Assembly: GCA_964016885.1 (NCBI GenBank)
Contig: CAXHJY010001162.1
Span: forward strand, 1 to 64,000
Length of the DNA: 64,000 bases
From: Eledone cirrhosa
Lineage: Eukaryota
Direction: 5' to 3'
A program made the position numbers and the translations under genes. Within the stretch, counting starts at the first letter, position 1; each line of letters starts with the position of its first letter. Under the pieces are notes generated by a model. The model was not told where the DNA came from, did no database searches, and saw only the letters and a program-made list of their open reading frames with translations. Below, one piece after another: positions 1 through 12,923 of this stretch.

Positions 1-44
<44 letters not shown>

Positions 45-83
45 AGAGAGAGAGTGAGAGAGTCAGAGATAGATAGGTAGGTG

Positions 84-121
<38 letters not shown>

Positions 122-142
122 TCAGAGATAGATAGGTAGGTG

Positions 143-182
<40 letters not shown>

Positions 183-232
183 TCAGAGATAGATAGGTAG
201 GTGATATATATATAAATAGATGGTTAGCCAGC
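1..232. repeat. Compound (TA)n/(GA)n microsatellite with three copies of a spacer AGTCAGAGATAGATAGGTAGGTGA
   Basis: Spacer seen at ~61, ~120 and ~181 between TA/GA runs. Confidence 0.9.
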
Positions 233-551
233 TAGATAGTTAGTGAAAACCGAGAGGGGGGAATTATCTCCATTTCTTAGTTTAGAATCCCCATCATTGT
301 GCAGTATGTGTATTCCAGTCTACCTCCTATTCTCACTGCTACCGCTACCACCACTACAAGCTATCTCTCCTTCTCTGCACTATACGGCTTTTATCGATCA
401 CTTCATTCAATCCCTCCACTGCCACCACCTCTCCAATCACTTTAACTAGTTCGATTTCGTCACGCGCCTCTAGTAGCATTTTTTTTTTCTCTGGCACCAT
501 TTGGTCGTCTGCTGTATCCTACACTGCTACATAAAACTATTGTTACATTAG

Positions 552-3432
552 CACTACTACACCACTGGCACAACACAGACATACTACCGTTATATCACTG
601 ATATATCAACACTATACTACCACTACACCACCACTACACCACCACTACACCACCACTACACCACCACTACACTACCACTACACCACCACTACACCAGCGT
701 TATAACACTACTACACCACTGGCACAACACAGACATACTACCGTTATATCACTGATATATCAACACTATACTACCACTACACCACCACTACACCACCACT
801 ACACCACCACTACACCACCACTACACTACCACTACACCACCACTACACCAGCGTTATAACACTACTACACCACTGGCACAACACAGACATACTACCGTTA
901 TATCACTGATATATCAACACTACACTACCACTACACCACCACTACACCACCACTACACCACCACTACACCACCACTACACTACCACTACACCCCCACTAC
1001 ACCAGCGTTATAACACTACTACACCACCACTACACCACCACTAAACCACTACTAAACCACCACTACACCACCACTACACCACCACTACACTACTACTACA
1101 CCACCACTACACCACCACTACACCCCCACTACACCACCACTACACTACCATTACACCACCACTACACTACCACTACACACCAACTACACCAGCGTTATAA
1201 CACTACTACACCACCACTAAACCACCACTACACCGCCACTACACCACCACTACACCACCACTACACCACCACTACACTACCACTACACTACCACTACACC
1301 GCCACTACACCACCACTACACCACCAATAGACCACCACTAAACCACCACTACACCACACTACACCACCACTACACCACCATTACACCACCACTACACCAC
1401 CACTACACCACCACTACACTATCACTAAACCACCACTACACTACCACGACACCACCACTACACCACTACTACACCACCATTAAAGCACCACTACACCACC
1501 ACTACACCACCACTACACTACCACTACACCACCACTACACCAGCGTAATAACACTACTACATCACCACTACACCACCACTACACCACCATTACACTACCA
1601 CTACACTACCACTAGACCACCACTACACCACCACTACACCACCACTAAACCACCACTACACCACCACTACACCACCACTACACCACCACTAATCCACCAC
1701 TACACCACCATTAAAGCACCACTACACCACCACTACACCACCACTACACTACCACTACACCACCACTACACCAGCGTAATAACACTACTACATCACCACT
1801 ACACCACCACTACACCACCATTACACTACCACTACACTACCACTAGACCACCACTACACCACCACTACACCACCACTAAACCACCACTACACCACCACTA
1901 CACCACCACCACACCACCACTACACCACCACTACACCACCACTACACCACCACTACACCACCACTACACCACCACTAATCCACCACTACACCACCACTAA
2001 ACCACTACTACACCACCACTACACCACCACTAAACCACCACTACACTACCATTACACCACCACTACACTACCACTACACTACCACTACACCACCACTAAA
2101 CCACCACTACACCACCACTACACCACCACAACACTACCACTATACCCCCACTACACCAGCGTTATAACACTACTACACCACCACTACACTACCACTACAC
2201 CACCACTACACCACCACTAAACCACCACTACACCACCACTACACTACCACTAAACCACCACTACACTACCACGACACCACCACTACACCACTACTACACC
2301 ACCATTAAAGCACCACTACACCACCACTACACCACCACTACACTACCACTACACCACTACTACACTACCACTACACTACCACTACACCACCACTAAACCA
2401 CCACTACACCACCACTACACCACCACAACACTACCACTATACCCCCACTACACCAGCGTTATAACACTACTACACCACCACTACACCACCACTACACCAC
2501 CACTACACCACCACTAAACCACCACTACACCACCACTAAACCACTACTACACCACCACAACACTACCACTATACCCCCACTACACCAGCGTTATAACACT
2601 ACTACACCACCACTACACCACCACTACACCACCACTAAACCACTACTACACCACCACTACACCACCACTACACCACCACTACACCACCACTACACCACCA
2701 CTAATCCACCACTACTAAACCACTACTACACCACCACTACACCACTACTACACCACCATTAAAGCACCACTACAACACCACTATACCACCACTACACCAC
2801 CACTACACTACCACTACACCACCACTACACCAGCGTAATAACACCACTACACCACCACTACACCACCACTACACCACCAATACATCCACCACTAAACCAC
2901 CACTACACCACCACTAAACCACTACTACACCACCACTACACCACCACTACAGTACCACTACACCACCACTACACCACCACTAAACCACCACTACACTACT
3001 ATTACACCACCACTACACCGCCACTACACCACCACTACACCACCACTACACCACCACTAAACCACCACTACACCACCACTACATCACCACTACACTACCA
3101 CTAAACCACCACTACACCACCACTACACCACCACTACACTACCACTAAACCACCACTACACTACCATTACACCACCACTACACCGCCACTACACCACCAC
3201 TACACCACCACTAAACCACCACTACACCACCACTACATCACCACTACACTACCACTAAACCACCACTACACCACCACTACACCACCACTACACTACCACT
3301 AAACCACCACTACACTACCATTACACCACCACTACACCACCACTACACCACCACTACACCACCACTACACCACCACTAAACCACCACTACTACACCACCA
3401 CTACACTACCACTACACCACCGTTATAACACT
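552..3432. repeat. 11-bp tandem satellite (CACCACTACAC)n with a 154-bp higher-order unit at its left end
   Basis: Continuous array of CACCACTACAC variants; the marker GGCACAACACAGACATAC recurs at 567, 721 and 875 (period 154 = 14 x 11). Confidence 0.95.
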
Positions 3433-3709
3433 AATAGAACACACACCTAATATAATTTGCCCTTCTTTGAGAGAAAAGCCTTTAGTTGCCAGTAAAGGTA
3501 ACAACACCCTGAACTTCATCCACCCCGTTCTCACTGGTTATATTTCTGATACACCCACCTCCACTACTAATGATTTCACCTAGATAGCAGCAACTTTCTA
3601 CCACTTCCATTGAGCTTTCTGTACATTTGAGAGAGTATCTTTATTGTTGACTACTCCGGCGCTTCTGTCGCATATGAAGTCTACTATCCTTGTTAGCCTA
3701 ACTATAATC

Positions 3710-3856
3710 CGTGGAAACGCCTCCTGCATTCTGTCTGCCGGGGCTGTGGAGAGGCCAGCACGTGGGACCTCATTTGTTCACCATACAGAGAGATGGGGAG
3801 GGCGAGAGAGATGGGGGCGATGACAGTGGGAGTTCGGCTCTTCCACGTTCGGACCA
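3710..3856 (-). repeat. GC-rich dispersed repeat of unknown class, with overlapping pieces at 29031-29090 and 37280-37449
   Basis: Reverse complement matches GGAAGAGCCGAACTCCC..CCCATCTCT at 29034 and CACAGCCCCGGC(A/G)GACAGAATG at ~37292. Confidence 0.7.
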
Positions 3857-4034
3857 TATCCTTGTGGTTGTGTTTAGAAGAACGTGAGTTAATACTGCTA
3901 CCGCTGCTATTAGTTGTTTTGTCGACACTGTCGAAGCCCTATCTTTAAAAAAAAAAAAAAAATCCATCTAAAGAATGCCTGGTTTTGCCGCCAAACATCA
4001 CTCGCTACATCACTTATGTATCCACAGTCTACAC

Positions 4035-4494
4035 AAGTGTTTTTCAACCGGTGTTCCCCGGAACCCTAGGTTTCTGCAAGAGGTCGCTAGGGGTTCTGCA
4101 AGAAGCAGTGATAAATAAGCTAATGCATTTTTGAGTAATTTTTGTTTAATTTTATATTCATAATTTTACTATAAACCAGTTATCCGAATAAAAACATATG
4201 TTTACCACGTGAACCACAATAAAAAATATGAAAGATATAGATATTAGTAATGGTATATAATATTGGGTTAAATAGCCTCACTAACCAACAATTGGCCAAG
4301 CGTGTGGAGTACAGTTACACTCCGGACATGACCAAAACCAACCGGAAAGCAGTAGAGGTCAACCAGGGAGGGGTTCCTCCACCAGGAGTGAAAAAACCCT
4401 GGATTGGATTGAATAATAATTTCATGCAGTGGTTCCATGAGACATGAAAACTATTTCAAGCCTTCCACAAGAGTAAAAAGGTTGAGAAACGCTG
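4035..4494. mobile_element. hAT (Charlie-like) non-autonomous MITE
   Basis: TIRs AAGTGTTTTTCAACC / GGTTGAGAAACGCTG; degenerate 8-bp TSD GTCTACAC / ATCTACAT; splits the RTE reading frame. Confidence 0.8.
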
Positions 4495-4827
4495 ATCTAC
4501 ATAGAGAACACTGTATCGAATTCCAACTTACTCCTTTTCTACGTATTCAGCATGGTAGCAGAATCTTTCATACTTACTAAAATTTTAGGGTTTACTAGGT
4601 TTACTTCAAGGCCCTTTTATTCCAGATTTTGCTTCCATGTAACACCTTCTCTGGTTCCATCGGTTCGAGTATGAGGGCTAGATTGTCAGCATATAGGAGC
4701 TTCCACGGACAACCAGTCTCTCTACCCATCTCCTTCTATAATATACATACACACATACATACATACATACAAACATACATACACACAATACACACAACAC
4801 ACACATACACACCTTTATATATATAAA

Positions 4828-5535
4828 TGTAGCGAAATTTGTCCACGCCTTGAACCTTGGGTGACACCTAAAGGTCAAATTCTAGGTCACCACCCTTTTT
4901 GTGTCTACAGGTTGATGTGTTGGCTATCCCCTGAAGGTGGGAGACAGGAAGCGATAGGTATATAAAGCATATATTTTCCCACCTTAGACACAGAGACATC
5001 GGTGCGCTAGGATACACAACAAATTATGTAAAGATTAACCGCTAACTTCAGACCCCAGAGGTGTACAGAAAACCCAGAGACATCGGAGCATTATACCTAC
5101 AACAAGCTATGTAAAGATTGACAGTTACTTCAGACCCCAGAGGTCTACAGAAATACAGAGTGATTGGAGCCCTACTACTACAGAACACAAATGTGGAAGA
5201 TTCACCGCTGTCTGCAGGCCACGGTGGTTCACAGTTACTACAGACCATAACAGAGGTATACAAACCAAATCTCTCTCTCTCTTACTCACTACGGTCTCAC
5301 AACTACTACCACGGACTCCAACTTCCAACAACATTATCTGTTCGCTCGCTGTTTTCACATCAACAACAATAACAAAATTAACAACTCTTGGTAACTGTTT
5401 TATTGTACTTTTTAATTGATTCACGTGAAGTAAACCATATATAAACCAAATCATTTATTCTTATTATTCATGTTATTTCCTCTAACAACCATGTAACAAT
5501 AACTACTTCTTAATTCATTTTTACCCTTCGTTAAA
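4828..5535 (+). mobile_element. Candidate solo LTR
   Basis: Starts TGTAGCGAA and ends TTCGTTAAA (degenerate TG..CA inverted termini); TATA-like GTATATAAAG at ~4958; ~82-bp internal tandem repeats at 4991, 5075 and 5156. Confidence 0.5.
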
Positions 5536-5547
5536 TATATACACACA

Positions 5548-5889
5548 CAAGGCCTTTGTTTCAGGGTGGTACCAGGGGACAAGTCCCCCCCCCCCCCACA
5601 CTTTTTTAGGAACGGGGGACGAACCATTTTTTGTCACCCCCCCTACTTTTTCCCAATTTATTCAAACGTCTATGTTTTATTTTTTGTTTATTTGATATAA
5701 TAAATTCTTTTTAAGCTTATTTTTTTATATCTGAACTTCATTTGAATATATAAAATTTAATTAGCGTAAAATTTTACTTATGTAATAGGGCCCGGGAAAG
5801 GCACCATAAACAATACTAACATGCTCCTTTAAGAATCAACAAATGTTGGTTTGTCCCCCTCACATTTTAAAGGCAAACGAGGCCCCCTG
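5548..5889. mobile_element. Probable hAT-type MITE
   Basis: Imperfect TIRs CAAGGCCTTTGTTT / AAACGAGGCCCCCTG; subterminal GGGGAC/GTCCCC motifs; AT-rich core. Confidence 0.5.
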
Positions 5890-5914
5890 TACATACATAT
5901 ACACATACATGTAT

Positions 5915-5945
<31 letters not shown>

Positions 5946-6097
5946 CATACATACATACATACATACATACATACATACATACATACATACACACACATAC
6001 ATATTAAAAATTCCAGTTCTTGTATTGAGTACATTTTTTATTTTAGAAAAATCTAAACAAGTAATTATATATAGTCATTAGACAGTATGAAATCCTA

Positions 6098-6275
6098 CTC
6101 ACTTTGCTCCAGTATACTCAATTGAAAATGAGTACCAGCAATAGATGGTGGTTGGCGGGTTAACCTTGCAATGGACTGGCGTCCTGTCCAGCCATGTACT
6201 TTCAGTCGCTTCACACCACGGAAACAGGGATAAGTACCGGCCTGATGTGCTGCCGAGCTCGAGACAAACAGACAT
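6098..6275 (+). mobile_element. SINE family B, 3' part
   Basis: Matches the body of the full copy at 44352 (GAAAATGAGTACCAGCAATAG..GGACTGGCGTCCTGTCCAG). Confidence 0.8.
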
Positions 6276-6365
6276 TGTAGCGACGCTGCATAATTAGACG
6301 ATAAAATTGATAATGGGGACTGGACATCGGCATGACTAAACAGAGAACAGCATTTATTATCATAG

Positions 6366-6590
6366 GGCAGCGGATTGGCAGTATCGGTAGAGGGTCGGAC
6401 GCCATGCTTTGTAGCATAGAGTTACGGCTCTTTAGGATCTGAGTTCAAATCCCGCCGAGGTTAACTTTGTCTTTCATCCTTACGGGGTCGATAAAATAAA
6501 GTACCAGTCACGCACTGGGGTCGATTTAATCGACTTTCCCCCTCCCCCAAAATTGGTGGCCTTGTATGCCTATATAAGAAACCATTATAA
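6366..6590 (+). mobile_element. tRNA-derived SINE family A, long form
   Basis: Head TGGCAGTATCGGTAG, B-box GAGTTCAAATCC, core CTTTCATCCTTACGGGGTCGATAAAATAAAGTACCAG, GTCGATTTAATCGAC hairpin, ATT tail. Confidence 0.9.
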
Positions 6591-6874
6591 TAGCTGTGAA
6601 AATATTCGTGGAACATTTAGTGATATTTAGAGAAGAATCATGAGTGATATTAGTTCCATTGTGGAATTCCCTCTGCATGCTTGTTGTTGATAAAGATCAG
6701 CAACTGCAGAGGCGGTGGAACTGTGGTGGCGGGGGCATGTCACCCCCCCTCCCATAATTATATTTTTCTCTCCAAACTACCAAAACACACATCTAATTGT
6801 ATATGCTCCACAATTTATGTACATGTTATGTTTATCGCATATGGGAGTTTTTTTTTATATCTTGGTTGATATTT

Positions 6875-7050
6875 AATAATTGTTTCTACTTTAGGCACAA
6901 GGCCAGCAATTACCCAGTGCATTACTGGTACTTTATTTTATCGACCCCGTAAGGATGAAAGGCAAAGTCAACCTCGGCGGGATTTGAACTCAGATCGTAA
7001 AGGGACGTAACTATGCTGGAGAGCATGACGTCCGAACCTCTACCGATACA
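6875..7050 (-). mobile_element. SINE family A, short form
   Basis: Reverse complement of the family A consensus. Confidence 0.9.
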
Positions 7051-7057
7051 ACTCAAC

Positions 7058-7401
7058 CAGAGGTTCTCAAACTTTTTGGACCACTCCCCACCCCCTTCAC
7101 GGCCACGTAATACCCTCAGCACCCCACCCTATTCCTAGAGAGACCTACCTACACGCAAATTGTAAATAATATATAATAAGTACAATCGTTAATTTAAATA
7201 TAATACATAATATAATATATACTATGTATGAATGAATAATATATATTTTTTATTTAACTATATTTATATATAATATATATCATTTGATATTTAATGTACT
7301 ATATCATCTCTACCGCCCCCATAGGCTCCAGTGCCCCCTGGACCTTCTTAACGCCCCCCCTCCCCGGGAGGAGGGCGTAGTGCCCACTTTGAGAACTTCT
7401 G
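7058..7401. mobile_element. hAT (Charlie-like) MITE
   Basis: TIRs CAGAGGTTCTCAAA / TTTGAGAACTTCTG; degenerate 8-bp TSD AACTCAAC / AGCTAAAC. Confidence 0.8.
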
Positions 7402-8053
7402 AGCTAAACTAATCGCTATAACTAAATCGACCAAATTTTACCCCCTCCCCAATTCAGAAATGCTTCCACCACCCTGATCTGGCATCCAAAACACCTCAAG
7501 ATTCACATTTTAAAGTGAATTTGAGGAAACTAGTGATAGTTTATGTGCAAATACAACTACAAAAAGATTCACAACGCAGAGGAAATTAGTTTGCTGCGTG
7601 GAAGAGGGCAGGTCTGAAACATCAGACTTCCGTTCAATCACAGAAAACTAACTTATTCCACTTTTTGAATTGTCTATATTCATATTTCTGGTGAATAACA
7701 ACTACAACAACAGATGGAAATAAGATAAAAATATAGTTGTTGTTTAGTACCAGGTTAGCCCTTATCAAGATAACCTATAGTCAAAGTAGGTGTCTAGGAA
7801 TACAGGCACATCACCAGGGGTAGGAGGAACCGGATGGCATAACACCCCTACTGTTCAGTGGTGCATCCTCAGATTTAGAAAGATTTACTGTGATATGCTT
7901 AATAAGAAACACCGCCTTAAAATGATTACGAATTAGAATTCCTACACTGAGAATGTTCCGAAGACATGCAGTGATGTATAAAAAAGTCACAGCATGATTG
8001 TGTGGACATATTGCACACTTTCCACGGTTCAATCTATTTCTGTATACCTATAA

Positions 8054-8380
8054 GAGGCGAATTGGCAGCGTCGTTAGAACGTCAGATAGAATGCTTTGCG
8101 GTATTCGTTCCGGCTCTCGGTTAACTCTGTTCAAATCCCACTGAGGTCAACTTTGCCTCTCATCCATTCGAGGTCGATAAAAAAGTACCATCCAAGTACT
8201 GGGGACGATTCTTCCTCTACATCTCTTTCTCACTTTCTTTCTCTCATTTTCTATTTTTCTCTGGAAGAAATCTGCTGTACTCAGGCCTGGAGAGGAGATG
8301 GGCTCTCCCAGGTATCAAAATGCCCCAAGAATCGCCGTAAGTCAATATGACACTCCTACGACTCCATCAGGAGTTACGGG
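8054..8380 (+). mobile_element. SINE family A-related subfamily with an alternative 3' tail
   Basis: Family A-like head and core followed by a CT-rich tract and a tail ending CCTACGACTCCATCAGGAGTTACGGG; similar copies at 22975, 39829 and 43923. Confidence 0.85.
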
Positions 8381-8600
8381 TAAACTATGAGAGCCTGGTG
8401 GTGACCATGGCAGTAGAGGACAACGTGAACTCAGTTAAAGTGCAATAGTCTCTGTTCTTATTGTTGGTGGTGTTTGTCAGCATAGTTTTTTTAAGGACCG
8501 GTGAAACTACTGGTGTATGTGTATGTGTATGTGATGTTTCTGTGTGTATGTGTTCTTTAATGCCTTAGCTGAGTAGGAGAAATAGAGTTTTAAGATGTTG

Positions 8601-8718
8601 TTATAATAATTGTTTCTACTTTTGGCACAAGGCCAGCAATTATCCCAGTGTATTACTGGTACTTTATTTTATCGACCCCGTAAGGATGAAAGGCAAAGTT
8701 AACCTCGGCGGGATTTGA
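8601..8718 (-). mobile_element. SINE family A, 5'-truncated
   Basis: Reverse complement of core and tail. Confidence 0.85.
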
Positions 8719-9021
8719 AGAGTGATTGGAGACCTTCTCTGTAATGGCAAGGATTCTAGTAGATGAAAATTATAAGCCTCTAAACAGTCACTCAATCTGC
8801 AAGAAATTGTAGTAAAATCTTTTCCAAATATAATCCAATAATCTTTAAAATGGTTTAATATGAGGAGTAACACAAAACGCTAGAAATTGTTCTAAGAAGC
8901 AATATTAGTACTTAACCATGTAAAATGTGTAATCAATTCTCGTTGAAAATACATACACAAACACACATACATGCACACAAACACCACAACGACGACGACG
9001 ACGACGACCACCACCACCAAT

Positions 9022-9190
9022 ATACTCAGCTGAAAATTAGTATCAGCAATAGCTGAAGGTTTAACCCTGCGATGGACTGGCGTCCTGTCCAGGGGGGAAG
9101 TCTTGTACTCTCAGTCGTTTCACGCCACGAAACCGGGATAAGTACCGGCCAAATGAACCTTCTGGCTTAAGACGGACGTTACACTATTTT
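9022..9190 (+). mobile_element. SINE family B, 3' part
   Basis: Matches 44476-44618. Confidence 0.8.
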
Positions 9191-9875
9191 TAGTACTGCT
9201 TGTTTATATCTCAAGAGAGATCAGGATGAAAACCTTAAAGATCAGTACAGGGCAACAGTCAACAAAATCGCTTCGTTTTACAATTTATCAGTGGAGGATA
9301 GATTGTTTACAAACAGTGTTGGTAGAAAAACCTACCAATTTGATGATATTAACAATCAATAGCTAACATAAATGGGAGCTCACTATATAGACATTAAATG
9401 TACATCGTTAACTGTAGTTATTCTCTATTAGGAGTGACGATGATCGATTCAAATAAATAGGACAAACCATCAAATAGGACGGAGCTTCTGTAACCTTCTC
9501 TAAAACACGATATAAAATATATATAGTGAAGAAGAAACAAAACTCCCAGATACTTAATTATTATTATTAAGTGTAATTGTTAAGTAGTTCCCGTTGTTTG
9601 TGGGGTTCGAGAATAATCTAATAAAACAAACAAGTTTTATTCAAACAGAAACATAAGATCAATACAGATCAATACATAACCGTATTGTGTCATCTGACAG
9701 TAAGCAAATAAGGATGTTCAGGTGTTAAAAAATATCATCCTGACATGTCAAAGGGCCAATGCTGGTCTTACCTGTAAGCTAAATAAGCTTAGGATCACAA
9801 CCCCTCGGGGGCCTCATTTTTAAAAATATATTTTTATTTTATTAGTTTTTATTCTTTAACACTAAATCACAGAAA

Positions 9876-9919
<44 letters not shown>

Positions 9920-9979
9920 AGAACTCAGAGTAGTCTCTTACGATTAAATAGCTCTAAGAAAAAAGCTTTTCCGAGCCGT

Positions 9980-10018
<39 letters not shown>

Positions 10019-10022
<4 letters not shown>

Positions 10023-10370
10023 GGAAAAAATGAAACAAAATTTCATTTCCCACTCTTAGTACGGCTGTTACTTAAATATAAGCATGTACACGTACATACA
10101 TATATGTATACAGACGTACAGTAGTATGTATATATATATACATACATGCACACATATATATATGTACGTATGGATTCACCGAACATTTATTATAATGCTA
10201 GGTGTGTTTGTAAACAAACATCCCGTATTAAGCCGTGGTATCCAGCAACCATCGTTGCTCGTTTGTTCAACACTGACAAAGGAACGCTGTAGTAGTTTCA
10301 AACTTATTAGCTATCGTCAGCAACGTATACCTTCCTGCCAGATAGTTGAACGTATATACTTACCTTATGT
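10019..10370 (-). repeat. Hammerhead-containing dispersed repeat (other copies at 49774-50325 and 53731-53835)
   Basis: Highly similar to 49774-50135; flanked by (TA)n. Confidence 0.85.
10285..10325 (-). ncRNA. Type I hammerhead ribozyme motif
   Basis: Minus strand: CGTTG CTGACGA T AGCT AATA AGTT T GAAA CTACT A CAGCG; stem I is CGTTG/CAGCG. Confidence 0.65.
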
Positions 10371-11169
10371 AGGTGAAAATCCGGCCATGCTAAGATCTTA
10401 GTAATTATTAGATATATTCAATGTGACCAGAAAAGACAGTGGGATTAACAGAACACAAAAATAAAATAAAGAAACGTTGAGTATCTTCAGGAGATACTCA
10501 GTCTTTGCAAACTTCAGAAATTGTCCCTTTCAACTGTTATCTCCTTATCTCTGTCTATAAAGAGTAGATTTGGAGGTCAAAATCTATTTTTTTCTAAAGC
10601 TCTAGCCAACGATGAGCATTAATGTAGTCGTCCAATCTATTAGACATAGCAACCAAGTCTCCCTTACATCACATATTTAGAAAAGGACACATTGGATAAT
10701 AAAGTTACGAGTGCATTGGGCTTGGGCAAAAGACGGGTGGTGGTGGTAGTAGCCACGACTGGAACACCTTTTGTGATAGGTATATCTACACGGAAACCAT
10801 TAACTTAGGTTTAAACAACAACACTACCAAATGCACAATCTGAAAATAAGATAATAATAATAATAAAAATGACATTGAATACGATGGTCGCTATTGAAAT
10901 AATCGCAAAAAACAACAACAACAACAAAAAATGTATGGGAAATTTTTCTATTTTACCATTTTTGATAAATTAACTTCGAATAGTAGATATTAAAACGAAA
11001 ACGAAACTTAATCAACGCCATCCTCGCCCTTGTCTTTGTCCCTCTCAGATTATTACGGATGTTGTTTAAAAAGACAAACACTGCGCAAAACATTAAGAAT
11101 CGCCAGAAAACAACCAACAAACTAAACAATAAGCTGACAAAGGTCTCCCTCACTGCATTCTCTCCTGTG

Positions 11170-12020
11170 TCTGACATAGACAAGACTTTTCTTAAGATCC
11201 TTGCTGTGCCAAGAAATGCTATCTTCTGCATGTCCTGTAACCTTAGATCAATTCTGATTCTATTTACACAGTCCTCAAAACACCGATATACATCCTAATG
11301 CTCCAATCACCACTGGAATCACTAAAACCTTCTTGATCCCCCACAACTTTCCAACCTCCTCCTTAAGTGACTCATCCATCTCCATCTTTTCATGCTCTTT
11401 ATCCTTCACTTTACTATCTACTGGGACAGATATATCGATAATTTGGGCCTCTTTCTTCTTGTTTACAACTAAAATGTCTGGCTTTCTTACTTCACTCACT
11501 CTATTGCATTGAATGGCGAAGTCACAGAAAAGCTTCAATTCGTCATTCTCTAACAACCCCTCTTGGCTCTGCTCATACCATTTAGTTCCTCTAACAAATC
11601 CATATTTCTCAGATATCATCCATCTGGCAACATTATCATGTCATCATGACATCTTTTGTACTCTCACTGTGCCAACTCAAAACATTCGCTTACAATATGG
11701 CTGACCGTTTCCCCTTTTATTCCTCACATTCTACATAATAGTGATTTTATCGTTTTGTCAACATGATATATTTAATGATGTAGTTAATGTAGTTAGTTCA
11801 AAGAGCCTGCTCCTGGCGCTGCACACCAAAGCTTCGGTGTAGCCTTTCAGATCAGCATTTTTAAGTCACGACTAGCTCTTTTCATAATCAATACCTACTT
11901 TATCTCTCGTGCATGTTTATCCTTCCATCCTCTTTCAAGTTATTTTTCACTCTCTTCTTACATTCATTAGGTGCTACAGCATCAGCAGATTTCAGTGTGC
12001 CGAGGTCTCTTACTTATGAC
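11170..12020 (-). mobile_element. R4/Dong-clade non-LTR retrotransposon 3' fragment (zinc knuckle plus restriction-like endonuclease)
   Basis: ORFs 11275-11619 (KWY..LENDELKL, RKPDILVV, IIDISVP, KEHEK, IPVVIGALG) and 10953-11231 (QKIAFLGTARILRKVL). Confidence 0.85.
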
Positions 12021-12094
12021 ATGATGTTACCCACTACATTTTAAAGGAGCCAATCTTTATTTTTCTTCTTCTTCTTTGCCCACTTATTCCTGAG

Positions 12095-12423
12095 ATAAAT
12101 AAAGTACCAGTAACGCACTGGGTCGATTTAATCGACTTTTCCCTCCCTCCAAATTATTGGCCTTGTGCCTAAATCAGAAACCACTATTATCATTATAAGT
12201 ATGCAGAGTGATGGACGAGCAGCAGATTCGTTAGACCACCGAGTTCATCTTTCCGAGGTCGATAACGTTCCAGTTAAGCCATGGAATTAATATAATCGAC
12301 TTATCATCTTCTCCAAATTGCTGGTCTCATGTCTAAAGTAGAATCCATTATTATACTTTCTCAGGAATCGAACACACGACATTATGATCGTAAGTCCCTC
12401 ACCACTAGGCCACGCGCCTCCAC
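12095..12423. mobile_element. Cluster of SINE fragments (two family A pieces on +, one tRNA-like head on -)
   Basis: Core and tail matches; minus-strand head GGAGGCGCGTGGCCTAGTGG..GTTCGATTCC at 12355-12423. Confidence 0.7.
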
Positions 12424-12599
12424 AATGATGTAACTCAATAGTAATGACTTCAAGGTAATGAAATCAAAGTAATAAGCAATCATGACATAAACACACAGAT
12501 AGAAATGATCTCTTGTTAAGATGGAAATAAGATGTTTGCTTCAGGTAGAGACCAATTCAAAATTTAGAGTTTCTAAGTCACAATGAGAGGGATTAATGC

Positions 12600-12923
12600 T
12601 ATAATTTATCGGCCCTGAAAAGATGAAAAGCAAATTTTACCTCGGCGGGATTTGAAACCAGAATGCTGCTAGAACGAATGTCGTAAAGAATTTTGTCCGA
12701 CGGTCTAACAGTTCTGATAATCTTTTCTATATCACAAGAGAAAATAATTGTTTCTACTTTTGGCACAAGGCCAGCAATCACCCAGTGTATTACTGGTACT
12801 TTATTTTATCGACCCCGTAAGGATGAAAGGCTAAGTCAACCTCGGCGGGATTTGAACTCAGATCGTTAAGGGACGTAACTATGCTGGAAAGTATAGCGTC
12901 CGACCCTCTACCTCTACTGCCAA
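12600..12923 (-). mobile_element. Two adjacent SINE family A copies
   Basis: Reverse complements of the consensus at ~12600-12715 and ~12745-12923. Confidence 0.85.

Larger units (their letters stand above)
3450..4735 (-). mobile_element. Degenerate RTE-clade LINE fragment (RT C-terminal half), interrupted by other inserts
   Basis: Minus-strand translation gives TGCPWKLLYADNLAL (YADD motif), NSIQCSLC-RLWIHK*CS, EVVESCCYLGEIISSGGG and GWMKFRVLLPLLATKG, typical of RTE ORF2. Confidence 0.75.
6707..7476. mobile_element. Probable hAT MITE hosting a nested SINE and a nested MITE
   Basis: TIRs CAGAGGCGGTGGAA / TTCCACCACCCTG; no clear TSD. Confidence 0.55.

Noticed and set aside
552-3432. CRISPR-like array or mucin-like coding repeat
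   Set aside because: No unique spacers; the 11-bp period shifts frame and no ORF is predicted
7811-8045. Possible host exon on the minus strand (73-aa ORF)
   Set aside because: No recognisable domain or convincing splice pair, and no partner exons
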